Assembly: GCF_001194135.2 (NCBI RefSeq)
Contig: NC_068984.1
Location: 46,883,172-46,937,555, forward strand
DNA length: 54,384 nt
DNA from: Octopus bimaculoides
Taxonomy: Eukaryota
Reading direction: 5' to 3'
Below the pieces are notes generated by a model. The model was not told where the DNA came from. It saw only the letters and a list, made by a program, of their open reading frames with translations, and searched no databases. Both the position numbers and the translations under genes were made by a program. Below are positions 37,151 through 50,603 of the stretch, one piece after another (position 1 is the stretch's first letter; every line of letters starts with the position of its first letter).

Positions 37151-38249
37151 TTGTCAGGGAAACTCACTAGTAACGAAGCCAAAAACTAGTTCCCGTTTGT
37201 CATTTTCTCCCCCATACATCAATATTTCTATCATGAAGAATGATTTTATTATCGTTTACTTTCTCACCAACGTCTTTCTCTCATATCCGAACAAACTCTT
37301 GTCTACTCTCTCCACAGCTCTCTCACATCTTTTCTTTATTTTACGTTTATCAATATATTTCTGTATAAACTTAAGCACTATAAATTTCACAAACACACGC
37401 GCATGGACATATACACATATACATAGTCAAACATACACAGTCACACGCACATACACACAAACAAACACACAGACACACACGTACGCACATGCTCACACAC
37501 ACGCGCGCTCACGTGCTCACACACACACACACACACACACACATTGTTTTATATCGTTTGGACTTGCTTCAGTCATTGACCTGTAAGCATCTTGGAAAAT
37601 ATAGATGGACATTTCACGCCAAATTTAATGCGCCAGGTATTGAACTCTTTTCCCGAAATGGCAATTACAAGGACCTAAACATAACAGCACTGACCAGGAA
37701 AAGCACTTGTTCGCGTGTTTATTACGAGTAATTTCTTTTATTGAAGACGACTTTTGTCTGAAAAAAGCAGGGAATTTTCTTGCGCGGTGGCCGATGCAAA
37801 CACGGGGAGAAGTGACACTTTAAAGACCCCCCCAAGAAATGCATTTTTTTAGTCAAGCCCTCTAACAATTTCTACCTTCAGAGGAACATACGATGGAAGG
37901 TGATTTCTTGCACCCCATGAAATTAACTGTAAATTGAGTAAGAGCGATGAGCAGAACATAAGTATAAGCATATTCATTCAGCTTGCGCCATCATGATTGA
38001 GAAGACGGCAAGGGAAGTGCTAAGTTTTGTAGAATAATTCAAAATAACTCAGAGAAAGATTGAATCAGTTGTACAACATGTGACACTCCTACTCACAGTA
38101 GATTGATTCCTAAATGATGTACCATCTTCAGTAGTAACAGAGTGATTGTTCATCAAGATTCATTCTAATAGTTAGTATTTTATGTATACTAGCTCTGTAA
38201 TGTTACCACTTTCATCGTCCGTGCGACAATAATCAGGAAATAATCATGA

Positions 38250-38505
38250 TCATCAAATAATCATCGTCTTCGTCGTCACCATCATCACGATTATTGAGTG
38301 AGAGAGCAGCGCATGCCATCAAAGTGACACTGGGGTACAAATATACGAAGCCCAATACACCCATCATGACTATAAGGGTACACCAGGCACCCGCCTGATA
38401 AGGGTACACCAGGCAATGCATCAAAGCTATTTGTGCGTGACATGTTAATCACATATCAGGATAAACAGTGCATGACCTTGCCGTTGGGGCCATGTTAGTT
38501 ATTAA
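38250..38505 (-). mobile_element. Repeat family C (SINE/LINE 3'-end-like) copy with internal duplication
   Basis: Homologous to 34606-34639; sense strand ends CTCTCTCACTCAATAAT; ATAAGGGTACACCAGGCA occurs twice (38372, 38398). Confidence 0.6.
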
Positions 38506-38559
38506 TATTATTGATATGACTCAGGTTCGTTCTTATTCATGGTGCAATTTATGTGAATG

Positions 38560-40166
38560 GCGGGTTACTACTTCTTACCTTAGGTATCCACAGTTTTTGA
38601 ATAGTCTTTCAAGTCCTGATAATCTTTCCTGTCCATAGGAGGCAGACATCCCGTAGAAGCACTACAGGGCATTCTATTCCAATCTCCTTCACCAATTTGT
38701 CTATATCTTTACTTACAGTTCCCAATGCACCAATCATTATAGACACAACCTTAACAATTTTTCCATTTCATGTTCTTGCAATTTCAAATTTTAAGGGATT
38801 GTATTTTCCTTTTGTTTTTTATCTTCTTTCTTTCCGATCTTGGAATCAAATGGACACGATGGAGTAATTAGTACTCAACTTCGCTTTTACTTTTCTGCTA
38901 TTGCTTTGTCTTGTTCATTATTTTATAGCTTCTTGTCTGTTTGAAAAGGACAGTCCCATAGAATCTTACAATTCTCCGACTCCAGCACTCTTTCGCCCCG
39001 ATGTTCACACCATGTGTCTCCAGCTTCCAATCACCATTTCTAGCAAAGATTCCAGCAAAGATTCACAACTTGGTCATGCCTCCAACTCTGATATTCTCCT
39101 TCTGCTAACTTCGCACATTATGCAAAATATGTGCTACTGTCTCATTCCCAGTTACACAGAGTGTACATTTTCCCGACACATTCTCCTCATATACATTTTT
39201 CCTCAAGCCGTTTGTTTTTATCGCTTGACCCCAGGCTTCCACAATCAGGCACTCTGTTTTTTATTTGACCTTTTTTTTAACCAAGTCCAGCATTATGCTT
39301 CATATACATTTTCAGCGGTTCTCCAAGATTGATTATGCAGAGGTATCTCTTCAATCTGTCTAATGTCCTATCTTTGAATTCCATTCTTGTCCTTCTCTCC
39401 TATTCCACACTTGATCACCTATTCCATATTCTCTGTCTTTAGTAGATTCTCTGTAATGTTCTGTAAATATTTTAGCAGGTTTTTTCATCCATCTGCACCA
39501 TGGACGTATGTTCTGGGTGTGTTTGGTGTGCGCTCCACACCCATCGAAAATGGCAAATTTTTTGCTCATTAATTTGATAACAATTCTTAATGGAAAACTT
39601 TTGTTGTAGCCTGATTGAGATTAGTTTGCATCGGGCACATCCAATACAAGCCCCATACGCTACTGATACTCTTCCACGGCATTTAAGCCTTTTCCAACTT
39701 GATCCCTCTTCCAAATTGATCACTCTTCCAACTTGATCCCTCTTCCAACTTGATCCCTCTTCCAACTTGATCCCTCTTCCAGTACAGCTGATTGATATCA
39801 ACTTTCGAATGGTGGGCTCCATACATTATCAACAATTTACTAATTTTTTTGTAAAGTTTCTATATGTCGCTTTTGGTTCAGTCTACAATTCCACCTCCAT
39901 ATCTAATAAGTGGTACTGATCTTACATTTATTATTTTCAACAACAATTTTGGCATTCAACTTTGACTGCAGTGATTTTCTCATTCTCCTTGTATACTTTT
40001 TACTGGTAATATTTAATTTGCTTCCAGTATCCCCAACTACTTATACCACTGTACTTTCTCAAACGCTTTCATTGTTTGCCCATTTAGCGTTTCAATTCCC
40101 GTGTTTTCTTCAAATCCTCCTCGTTTCATTTTTCAACATAGCCGACTTTTCGATCCCAAATTCTAT
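38560..40166 (-). mobile_element. R4/Dong-type retrotransposon, 5'-truncated, heavily mutated
   Basis: Minus strand: EFGIEKSAM, LGILE, RYGGGIVD, LLIMYGAHH..LYWKRDQVGKGLNAVEE, WTWLKKG, SGKCTLC..NETVAHIL, CKILWD, SCPFDSKI, VKVVSIMIGALGTVSKD. Confidence 0.85.
39696..39780. repeat. 5 x 17-bp tandem repeat (AACTTGATCCCTCTTCC) inside the retrotransposon
   Basis: Units start at 39696, 39713 (2 substitutions), 39730, 39747 and 39764. Confidence 0.95.
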
Positions 40167-40196
40167 ATTATTATTATTAATGTTTTCATCATTATT

Positions 40197-40340
40197 GAAG
40201 GCGGCCAGCTAGCGGAATCGTTAACACGCCGGGCAAAATGATTAGCGGCATTTCGCACGTCTTCACGTTCTAATTACAAATTCGACAGAGGTTAAAATGT
40301 CTTTCATCCTTTCGGCGTCGATAAATTAAATAACAGTGAA

Positions 40341-40382
<42 letters not shown>
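40197..40382 (+). mobile_element. SINE family B copy (tRNA-like head plus core) followed by (ATT)n
   Basis: GGCGGCCAGCTAGCGGAATCGTTAACACGCCGGGCAAAATGATTAGCGG..CTTTCATCCTTTCGGCGTCGATAAATT. Confidence 0.8.
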
Positions 40383-40385
<3 letters not shown>

Positions 40386-43300
40386 TATTTTTATTTTTAT
40401 AACGTGCTTCCACTTCACTTTATAACGTGCTTTCTTATGAAAGTGTTTTGCGTAGGATGTGTGCAGTGCCCAGTAGTGCAATTTTCTGTATGTTATATAT
40501 ATTTGTAAGTCCTGGTGTTTTTGTTATGTATTTGTCTGAATATTTTTTTTATTATACCTAAAGCACCTACTATGATAGGAATTGTTTCTGTTTTTAGATT
40601 CCAGGTCTTTGCATTTTGAAAGTTTCTCCATATCTTTTAGGGAAACGTTGTCATCTGCTGGTATTCATACATCAGTTAGAAAGCATTTTTTTCCTTCATG
40701 ATCTTTGACAACTATATCTGGTCTATTGACCTTAATTTCTCTATCTATGTGTATTGCCATATTCCAGAGCATGGTTGCTTTCTCGTTTTCTGTGACGTTT
40801 TATGTATATACATAATTATGTATGTGTGGATGGATGGATGGATATATACTTATAATTTCGTGTTTATCTTGAGGATTTTCAACAAGGTATTTAGCTTGTA
40901 ACTATAAAATAGCAGTGGGTGACCTTGGTGCCTGGCACCAACGTTCATCTGAAGATAAATAGCGGCACTTTGGGTAAACAAATGTGTTCTAGGCCTACCA
41001 AATGGTGAATCCCACTTGGATGAGCAATGCTGCGAGACTCGCTATGTGCAGAATGTTACATCTTGCACGCACACACAAACACGCGCACGCACACATACAC
41101 ACTTAATTTCGGAAAAGTGATGTGCTCCGTAGTAAACTTAAAATGCAAACATTCTAGCCGGTATCAGTTATTCCATAATATAATATAAGCATATGCCTCC
41201 ATCCATACATACGTATATTTCTTTCATCACCGTTCTCAAAAGTTCACTCAAAAATTGAGACAATGCAGCCTGATCTCTGTAACGCTTTCTATACACAATG
41301 TTGTGGAAAATAGATTACACTGTAAAGAAATATTGCAGTTACCAACAATACTAAAGCATATTCTTCTCAACAAAAGCAAACGACATGGTGTTCATATAAT
41401 ATATTAATACATTTTTTGATAGCTAATATTATTTTTGTCCCAATATCTCTATAAGAAGTCACAGTAGACTACAAAGAGGACAAATCATTGTAATGTTTCT
41501 CACTCAGCACATGCCTTTATGAACTAAAGAACTTGTAGTTGAATAACTCAAGGAACCTAATATTTAATCTAAATATTTATATATATCGATTCCAAAATAT
41601 TTAAATACATTTAAAACACACCAAAAGACATTCGACACTACTATACCATCCATTTAGCTATCTACTCAATCAAAATATTGTTTTGGGCTTTATCTTATGT
41701 GACAAACACTTCGTTTCTAAACCTCTAAAATTGTGCTACACTTCTTAGTACCATGCTTTTGACTTACATTGGAACTGTTTATTGTTTCCAAATAAGTGGT
41801 GTTTGTTTTCTACATAGTGACAACATTTTGCGATGGGAAAGGTCTCACTTATTAGTCTTTCTTTCATTTAGTGATATTCTTATTTTGTAGTGTATTTCTC
41901 TTTTCTTTTCTTTTGGAGTAATTTCGTTGTTGAATATAATAAGTATTATCATATATTTCTCTGCTCTATTATATAATTCCCTATATGCTTGTTTTTCAAG
42001 TGGCTTACTTTCTTAAACATGTCTATATGTGATTAGGTTGGTAGGAATTATCGCGTGTATTTGAAAAACAAAATAAATAACTGCCTCACATATTCGGTTT
42101 ATAACGTGGTTTCGCAGAGATTTTCATTACGGCCTTTGTTATTAAAAACGCTACATAATCGTTTTGCTTTAATTTGGAGAGGATCTTTCTTCATTCCAAG
42201 ATGTATTTTATTGGTTTCAATTCCGAATTTGTGCATTTCGATTTTTATCATATTTAAAATTTCTATATGTATCATTTTCTACTGTAAGATCTTTCTTCAT
42301 ATTTACATTATCGTAACCTCTAGTTCGACTGGTATTGTCCACTGGTTTGTATTATTTTAATTCAATAGTCCTTTAATTATTGTACTTCACTTTGCATATG
42401 CTAGATCTATTTTCGATGTGATTCTGTCTGGGAAGACGTCCATTATTATTGTTCTTATTATTTATAATATTGCTCTCATAATCAAATAAATATTATTACT
42501 ATTAGCTTTTTCTCATTATAGTTGTACATTGCCTGTGTCTTCTAAATTATACTCAACATTTTTTCCTCAATACCATAAATCAATATAATCAATCCTATAA
42601 TTTTATTTCATTCATTTTAATTCCCATAACATTTTCAAATGCACGTTTTCTTTAATTAAAAGAACTATACGCATTAATTACAAGAGAGGCTTTGAATGTA
42701 TTTTCATAGTTAACATTTGCACACTAGTTCTGAAAATATATTTTTGTTAACTTTCGCAGTGTCTGAAATAAAAGTCCGAGATGTGTTGCAAATTATCCAG
42801 CATTTCTATTCCTAGTTTAATGAAGTGGGGTTTCAAGCGACAGAGAATTTTACTCCAGTGTGGGGTGTTGCCACAAAATCAATACATACTAAATTAATTA
42901 CAATAACTTTTGCCTTATTTTAGACCTTGTCTTTCCATGTGATTTATCTGCCAAATAGTAATTATTACTAAATTTCTGATACGCGCAACGGCGCGCCCAT
43001 TCACAGCAAAATCAATTTCATTGACTGTGCTACCCATCTCTCTTTCCTACACTACTACAACTTCACAGTCACAGAGCCAATGAAAGTATATGAAAGTAAT
43101 CCACACGGCTATACTTAAACCACATTTTCCTAAAGTTAGTAAAGTCATCACTTCATCCAGATCCACTGCTTACATCTTCCTCTAACAATCTGTACATAGT
43201 CGTCTGAACTGCTAAAAATAGTATCCTCATGTTCCTCAAACAACCTTCAAAAAATCATGTTGGAACACCGGGTTCTAAATATATAAGAAATGAAAAACGA

Positions 43301-44139
43301 AATAATTGGCGACATTTTGAGGCGAGAACAAATTTTTCACATTGATCTTTTCAAATAGGATTAAGTTGGATACTTATCAACACAAATATTGTTGTATAAG
43401 AGCGTGTTTTTCGAACATCAAAACGGTGTTGTGCATTTATTGAAAATATTACACAACCAATGCCATAATGAAATCTAAGAAATTATATTTGCTTGACCTG
43501 AAGAGAATTCTATGGTTTCGTACAGTATTCATTGATGTTTCTCTATTAGCAATATGAAGATGTATAATATCCACGCCAAATAAAATCTCAGCAATTTGAT
43601 GATTACATAACGCAATATACTTATTGCTATAGACATACAGATGTAATCAATTTGCAATCAAGTTTGATTCATTAAGTTTCAGTATAGGTACCTACACAAT
43701 GTAACAAGGTAGTTCAAAATCTGTCTCTGTAATTGCAGTCAAATCTTTTGGAAGTCACTTCAAAAATTAAATAAAGGCAAATGTATTGGACAATAGATAC
43801 TAAAAGAATCACTTGAACACCTTTGTGTACAGATTTTCTTCATCTGAGTCGCCTCCAGTAAAAACCATAATAAAATATACGTGACATATAACACATAAGG
43901 CAACTACCATGAAATATCTACACATATACCAGAGATGTGAGAAATAGCAAACAAATATGTCTAAAATTTCACTATATCTTCTTAGAAAGAAGTCAAATTA
44001 GTTAACATAGTTCTATATACACCATATCAGAAAACTTGCTTTCATTGAATTGAAAATTATACCTCCAAAATCTCTTTCATTCTTTACACAGTTACCACCA
44101 CCTGTATATTCACTTCCCAAACTAAACGTCAACGTTTGA

Positions 44140-44285
44140 TTAATTTTCAAGAAAAGAGAACTAGGGTAAAATACAGAAATGCGACACCAGCGAGTCATCG
44201 TGGAAGTTCTGTCTTGTCCACAGAGTGGAAAATCTTTCAAATCTTTAGCTGGATTAAAGTCACATAAGTCACAAACACAAGTTAT
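44140..44285 (+). mobile_element. Possible RTE-like LINE C-terminal C2H2 zinc-finger remnant
   Basis: 44215-44280 reads CPQSGKSFKSLAGLKSHKSQTQ (CxxC..KSLAGLxSH, second Cys changed to Ser), preceded out of frame by a basic stretch FQEKRTRVK. Confidence 0.4.
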
Positions 44286-44340
44286 AAAAATTATATTAAA
44301 CCACTAGGCCTTCATACGTGGAAATCAACGGGAGAGTCCG

Positions 44341-44389
<49 letters not shown>

Positions 44390-45679
44390 AATGGCGAGCG
44401 ACGAGAATGAGTGCTCATTACTGCATTGGTAGATGAAATTTCTTTGTGTATTAAGGCTACGACTGGTACCATGTTAAGAAAAACATTTTTCAACCCGATC
44501 ACTTGGAGGAACGGTGTTCATCTCCAGTTTGGAGATATCACAGTTAGTGACTTCAAGCTAAAGCCGTATATATATATATATATATATATACGCGCAGCCT
44601 TCTACATTTTCCATTTAAAGGTTTCTTTACAAACCAATATTATACACGTTATATATAAATAGCCTTGTCTATTCCGACCCCCATCGCTAATCAAGATTAC
44701 AAATTGTATGTAGGTATGCATGTATGTATGCATGCATGTATATACGTATGTATGTGTCTGTAAGTGTGTATGTGGGTGAGTATGTGTGCGTGTTTGTGTG
44801 TGCGTTTGTGTGTCTGTCCTGTGTGTGCGTATATTATATTTAGGGTAAATAGATTATCAAAATTTACAGATCAGTCACGCCTGAAATATATTATTTTATT
44901 AGGAGTCTTCAGGTTCTTTCCTCCACGTCTATCATCGATAACTTAAACAAAGCCTTTAATCACACAGAAGCCATTATATTACTTGAAGAGCGATCTACAA
45001 AATACCTGGACCATCTTACATAAATTTTTCTGATTTTTCATCAATTTCATACAAGTCATTAAGGATTACACGATTCCTTGAATCTAAAGGTATGCTAAGG
45101 CACTGTAAATTATTTTACTCCCTAAACCTAAAATGTTCATAACTTAAATAACGACTAATGTAGTAGTAGTTATACAACTATTTAACCTATTAGACATAGG
45201 AAGCAAATATCCTTAGAATTAAAACCTGTATTCAAAAGAGGGAGGGAGGAATTTATTTCTAATGTTTTAGAGAGATTACTTTTGATCAGAGGTTCACTCC
45301 AACATCAAATCCAAAATCTTTAACTGAATAACAAAGCAAATAATTAATTTTACGCTTACATATTATCGTACAAATTCAGTCTTATACATTTACTTAACCC
45401 CGCACATACAGAAAGTGAATAACGCATTTGATATAAACTACATCTAAAACATAACAGCCCTGACATTAATATCACGCACATCACATGACATGCAACCAGA
45501 TGCCTTCTAGGAATTGTATAAAGGGATACACATTTTCATCGTAACTTAGTCGCTGATGAGGTGACAGAAAAGAAAGAATCAATTTCGCTGGCTCTTGAGG
45601 TTCTGTGATTGCGGCAGTTGTGGGAAAAGGAACTGACAAATCATTTCAAGGGGGTTCAGGTGTCTGCAGTAAAAGCCAG

Positions 45680-45988
45680 TTAACAACGACGTTGATAATA
45701 ATGATGGTGATGATCATTGGGTTGATAGCAACCGCAACGACAATGAAAATGACAAAACAGCTCGATGATGATGATGATGATGTTCATGATGATATTGACG
45801 ATGATGATGACGATGAGGGGCAGGATTAGGAGAGTATTGGTGGTAGTGGTGTTATAGCGTTGGTAGTGATGATGGTGGTGGTGGTGAGGGTGATGGTAAT
45901 GATGAAGTAATGACGATGACGATGACGACGACAATAGTGACCGCCACTTTCGTTGTAATGAAGCCGGCGGCTATGATTATGATATTAA

Positions 45989-46022
<34 letters not shown>

Positions 46023-46045
46023 GGTGATTTTGGAGGTTGTGGTGA
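45680..46045. repeat. Degenerate (GAT/GAC/GGT)n trinucleotide array
   Basis: Direct read; source of the poly-D, poly-H and poly-I ORFs. Confidence 0.85.
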
Positions 46046-46949
46046 TGATGATGATGTCAACGTGATGGTAAGACGATTACTTGGTTGTATATTCGTGTGG
46101 ACTATTTAACCACAAATGGCACTTCCGGTTTCCGCTATTCCTCCTTCTCGCGAATTAATCACTTAATCACTATAAGGCACAGGAAATGGGGATTTGTGCC
46201 AGGAACTGTGTTGTTGAATAGTTTATACGATAACTACAGACAGTCAATATATTGATTTCTTAAACAGGAATAAGACATCAGATTTAAAATGAATGGAAGA
46301 ATTAGAATGTGTACTGCACGTAGTTGTAAGAAAAACATTAAAGACGTCAGCGTTGTATAATTAAAATAGTAACAATGTAGAATTGAAACCAAGAGAGAGA
46401 CTCACATTGCTGGAATGTTAGCTTCTACCGTGCGTCGCTTGTCACAGCAGTTCAGGCGTTCCAACGAGAGCAACGTACATAAACGCGCAATGTTTTACGT
46501 GTATATGCAAAAACACATATATGCATCTGTACACACCCGCACACACACATAAACACATGCACTCACACACACACACACATACACACACACACAAACACAC
46601 ACATATGTATGTAAGTATATGCTTATATTTAGAAGAACAGTTTTACATTTGTCTGATGGGCTTCTCCCATCCTTTTGTAGAGTGTAAAATTATTATTCTT
46701 AAAATAGAATATTATTGACAATGACTTTGACATTTCGGCCAGCTTACGCACTCGCGCGCATACACCCACAAATACACACAAAGAGATATATGTGCATATA
46801 ATGCAAACTATTTGCTAAGAATGGTTCTGTCACGACCTAATTCACGTGAGACTCCTCTCAATGACTTTTATACCAGCGGTAGTATTTATAGAGTTAGTAG
46901 ATACAGAAAAGACGATGTGGGACAAATATGACTCACAAAGAGAAGAATT

Positions 46950-47400
46950 CTGATTGGTTACGATAAATGACCATTCACCTCAACCACCGAACAGATTTTG
47001 CTGTACACCGCTGCAAACAAACAACGGAAGATGGGACTGAAACTGGTTGCCGTGTGAACAGCTGCTAATTACTGGTAGTCAATAATATCGAAACATTTTC
47101 ATTGGAGGTTGGCACTGGAATCCAACCTGCTTTCCGGCGCACCATTCGATCACAACACAGTAGCGAAGTGTTATTGCAAAGCCGTACAAACCTGCTATGT
47201 ATGTGCCCCGTTTCTTTCGGAGCGAAGTCACTTTTCTGAAATACCGAATTCTCTACAGTCCACATTCAGAACTACTCTATTGCATATTGGGCCCAAGACC
47301 CACACCCATCCGAAGTAACATAGCCGTAAACCTGGAATCCATCAAAAAAGAGTATGAAAGCTTGTGGATCGGACACTCTGGAGTTGTTGATCGCTACCAC
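46950..47400 (+). mobile_element. Degraded CR1/L2-group LINE RT C-terminal remnant
   Basis: In order across frames: LALESNLL (VxxDSxL-like), KAVQT (KAxxxL), LYSPHSELLYC (LYxxxVRPxLEYC-like), NLESIKK at 47329-47349 (LExVQR-like). Confidence 0.45.
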
Positions 47401-47600
47401 ATCTATTAGTTTGTTTGGAAATATACAGTCCGATTTTTCGAATACTTCTTTTTCAAATTCGTTTCAAGATGGTAATTTTGTATTGTTCTAGACGAAATGT
47501 TGCATGCTTAATAAGTAATGAGTACTCTTTAATAAATTTATATTGATTTTTTTCAAAATATTGAAACGCAGAAATCCTTTAAAAAATGCCTGTACAATTA

Positions 47601-47682
47601 TTTTACTATAGTCTCTGGTCGATCAATGCCTTGTGAGGGGATTTAGTAGACGGAAACTATAAAAAAAACACTNNNNNNNNNN

Positions 47683-47722
<40 letters not shown>

Positions 47723-47975
47723 CTGTGTCTGTGTCTGTGTGTGTGTGTGCGTGTGCATGCGCACGCACGCGTGTTTCTCCATCCACCCAACGCTTGACAA
47801 CCCGAGTTGGCGTTTCGTCCACGTAACTTAGCCTTTCAGCAGAAGGTACCGACAGAAAAAGTAAGAGGCTTAAAACGAATATAAGTACTGGGGTTGATTC
47901 ATTCGACTAAAATCTCTTTAAGGTGCTGATCCAGCATGGCTACGGTCTAATGACTGAAAATTGTGAAAGATGAAA
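47601..47975 (+). mobile_element. SINE family A, copy 5 (head missing; spans 10-N gap)
   Basis: TACTATAGTCTCTGGTCGATCAATGCCTTGTGAG..GTAGACGGAAACT, internal (TG)n, CGCTTGACAACC..GTAACTTAGC..TAAGTACTGGGGTTGATTCATTCGACTAAAA..CCAGCATGGC. Confidence 0.8.
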
Positions 47976-48976
47976 TATAAACGACGCGTCAGCATTACTA
48001 TTGTGTTCTGTAATGGATTTTACCCGATGTCAGTTTACTAGCTTTTCTTTCGTGTTTTCTTTGAATGGTATAAGTACAGCAAAGTATTTGTATCGTTCTG
48101 CGACACCTGAAAGCCGGCTACAACAAGATTGTATCTGCGGTAAAATTAGTTCAATTCATTTTCTAAACTTTCCGAGCTAACATACTCTACTAGGAAGAAT
48201 TTGTATGGAAATTTAGAATGGATTAGAATATGTATTGTATTAGAATATTATACAGTCATATATTTATAGATACAAATTATTTTAATATATGTGTATGATC
48301 ATCTGATAAATCGAATATCAACATTTCTAGATTGCCCTATAATTAGTTCTTTCAATTACGGAATGAATGTAAGTTGCTTTAGGGAGTGCTATTTTGTGAC
48401 CTTTTTGACGGTCCTCGAATATAACTTTTCAAATACAAAACCTATCCTCTGGTTTCATTCAAAAGTAATTACACTAAATAAGATGTTATAATTAACCTCT
48501 GGCGCAGTATCTGTAAAAATATAATTTTTTTAATGCTACAATTAAATCCATGCTTGTGAGATAATATATGCAAAACAGATATTTAGAATAACAATTTGAG
48601 CGTCATTAATAAAGAAAAGAACATTAATAAAGCCCAACAGTCTCTTAAATTCAAAAATACTGAGCAATAATGTTGAAACTTTCAATATTTATTGAAGAGC
48701 CAGAATTGTGAAGAATTTAGTCTCGAGTAAATCATGAATAAAATTGCAATACAGCTGACAGTTGATGTGATATTTGAATAAAATTGATCAAAATCAATAA
48801 AAAACAAATGTCCTCAACATGTTATTATGCGTTAGAGGCGTACTGGATATAAAAATATACTGTCCAGTGTAATCAATACTGAGTTGGTTACATATCAGAT
48901 GTTAAATCACAAGGTGTATGTTTATATTAATATATGCTATATATGTGTACGAACGTATCTATCTATATCCTACATA

Positions 48977-49334
48977 TTTGACAAATATTTCAATTGCTAA
49001 AAAGAAATTGTAGCTACCAAGGAGAATATATCTCTCTTATAGTAAAAAAATGTGAAAATACCCGGTTCGTTCAGTGTCGCCATCTATCAGCAATCTCAGA
49101 CATCGATGTTTCGAGCTTCTTAGCACTTTCAATGAAATATATCTAAGAGAGGCAACTCTGAACGAATTTATAAAGATGTAGCTTTATTAATATCTGACCG
49201 AGGGAAGATATCGATGTCTGAGATTCCTAATAAACGGCGACACTGAACGAACCGGGTATTTTTACACCCTTTTATCATATTCTCCACGGTAACTGCATTG
49301 TATTTGCATTTTAGCATTTGAAATATGTGACAAA
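48977..49334. mobile_element. Fold-back / MITE-like element with long inverted arms
   Basis: Core arms 49055-49107 and 49210-49262 are 49/53 complementary; weaker complementarity extends out to about 48977 and 49334. Confidence 0.75.
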
Positions 49335-49710
49335 CGTATTTCAGCTTAGCTAATTTTGCTCATTCCAAGACACTGCTTAGCGCTAACACACACACCCACA
49401 CNNNNNNNNNNNNNNNNNNNNNNNNNNNNNNNNNNNNNNNNNNNNNNNNNNNNNNNNNNNNNNNNNNNNNNNNNNNNNNNNNNNNNNNNNNNNNNNNNNN
49501 NNNNNNNNNNNNNNNNNNNNNNNNNNNNNNNNNNNNNNNNNNNNNNNNNNNNNNNNNNNNNNNNNNNNNNNNNNNNNNNNNNNNNNNNNNNNNNNNNNNN
49601 NNNNNNNNNNNNNNNNNNNNNNNNNNNNNNNNNNNNNNNNNNNNNNNNNNNNNNNNNNNNNNNNNNNNNNNNNNNNNNNNNNNNNNNNNNNNNNNNNNNN
49701 NNNNNNNNNN

Positions 49711-50198
49711 CGCAAAAATGAAAATAACACTGACATTACATTTTAACAAATATATTTACCAAGATTATATAAAAATATCTTGAAACACTAAAGAGTAAAT
49801 TTATGAATGAAATCACCATTGACTTTAACCACAGGATGCAGACGACATCAGAATATCATGCATCTCTTCTGGGCTGTCTCCTTGTTTAAGTTGGTGAATG
49901 CTGCCATGACCATTGCCTTCAGTTCAACTTTCGTATTACAAGGAGTTTTGTTGATCTCTCGCTCAACTGCGCACCATACATAATAATGAAGTGGGTTGCA
50001 GTCTGGCGAGTTAGGTGGCCAGATGCTTGTGGTGATGTGGTCGAAGAAATAGTCTGACAGCCATGACTGGGTTGTCCTGCTTGTGTGGCATGGTGCAGAG
50101 TCCTGTTGCCAGATATAGGGTCTTCCAGCAACCACTCTCTTCACCCGGGGCAGCACTATCTCCTCCAGACACTTGATGTAGGTCTCCGTGTTGGAAAC
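49711..50198 (-). mobile_element. Tc1/mariner DD37D (maT-type) transposase 3' remnant
   Basis: ORF 49848..50240 contains YIWQQDSAPCHTS..IWPPNSPDCNPLHYYVW; 37 residues separate D2 from the D3 position (now H). Same family as 10105-10522. Confidence 0.9.
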
Positions 50199-50200
50199 AT

Positions 50201-50334
50201 AATAAAATAAATTACAATGAATTACGTAAAATGCCTTCATGCTTCGCAGGGATGTATGGGAAATATATGTTTTTTCCCTACATCCCAGCTATGCATGATG
50301 GCGTTTTACGAAATTCATTGTAATTCATTTTATT
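50201..50334. repeat. 134-bp imperfect palindrome (MITE-like hairpin)
   Basis: 50201-50242 vs 50293-50334 are 38/42 complementary; inner GGGATGTATGGGAAA pairs with TTTCCCTACATCCC. Confidence 0.85.
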
Positions 50335-50603
50335 TTCAATTTATTTATTTATATATAAGTATTTCCTCTTACATAATGTTTATGTTCTTAATATTATAAC
50401 CCTTACTCCCATAAGGTTTCATAGTATATTTACTTCCAGTTTATTTAACGAACGATATGCTGGATACATTTGGTGATCGCCTGGTATATTGAATTTTTCG
50501 TTCATTTTTATGTGCCTTGATCATGCCTGCACTGACGATTAAGAAGTGCATTTTGTGCACTAATTATGAAATCATATGATCTGCGACTGAACCTGTTTTT
50601 AAA

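Noticed and set aside
35763-39780. 26-bp and 17-bp repeats as CRISPR-like arrays
   Set aside because: Head-to-tail tandem units with no spacers, inside eukaryotic retrotransposons; no cas genes.
45605-45934. Poly-Asp/His ORFs (also 53602..53847) as low-complexity or metal-binding proteins
   Set aside because: Degenerate trinucleotide arrays open in several frames on both strands, with no splice or start context.
47215-47335. Minus-strand SRCR-like peptide (GPICNRVVLNVDCREFG)
   Set aside because: Cys spacing is wrong (8 vs about 12), and the + strand is better explained as a CR1/L2 RT remnant.
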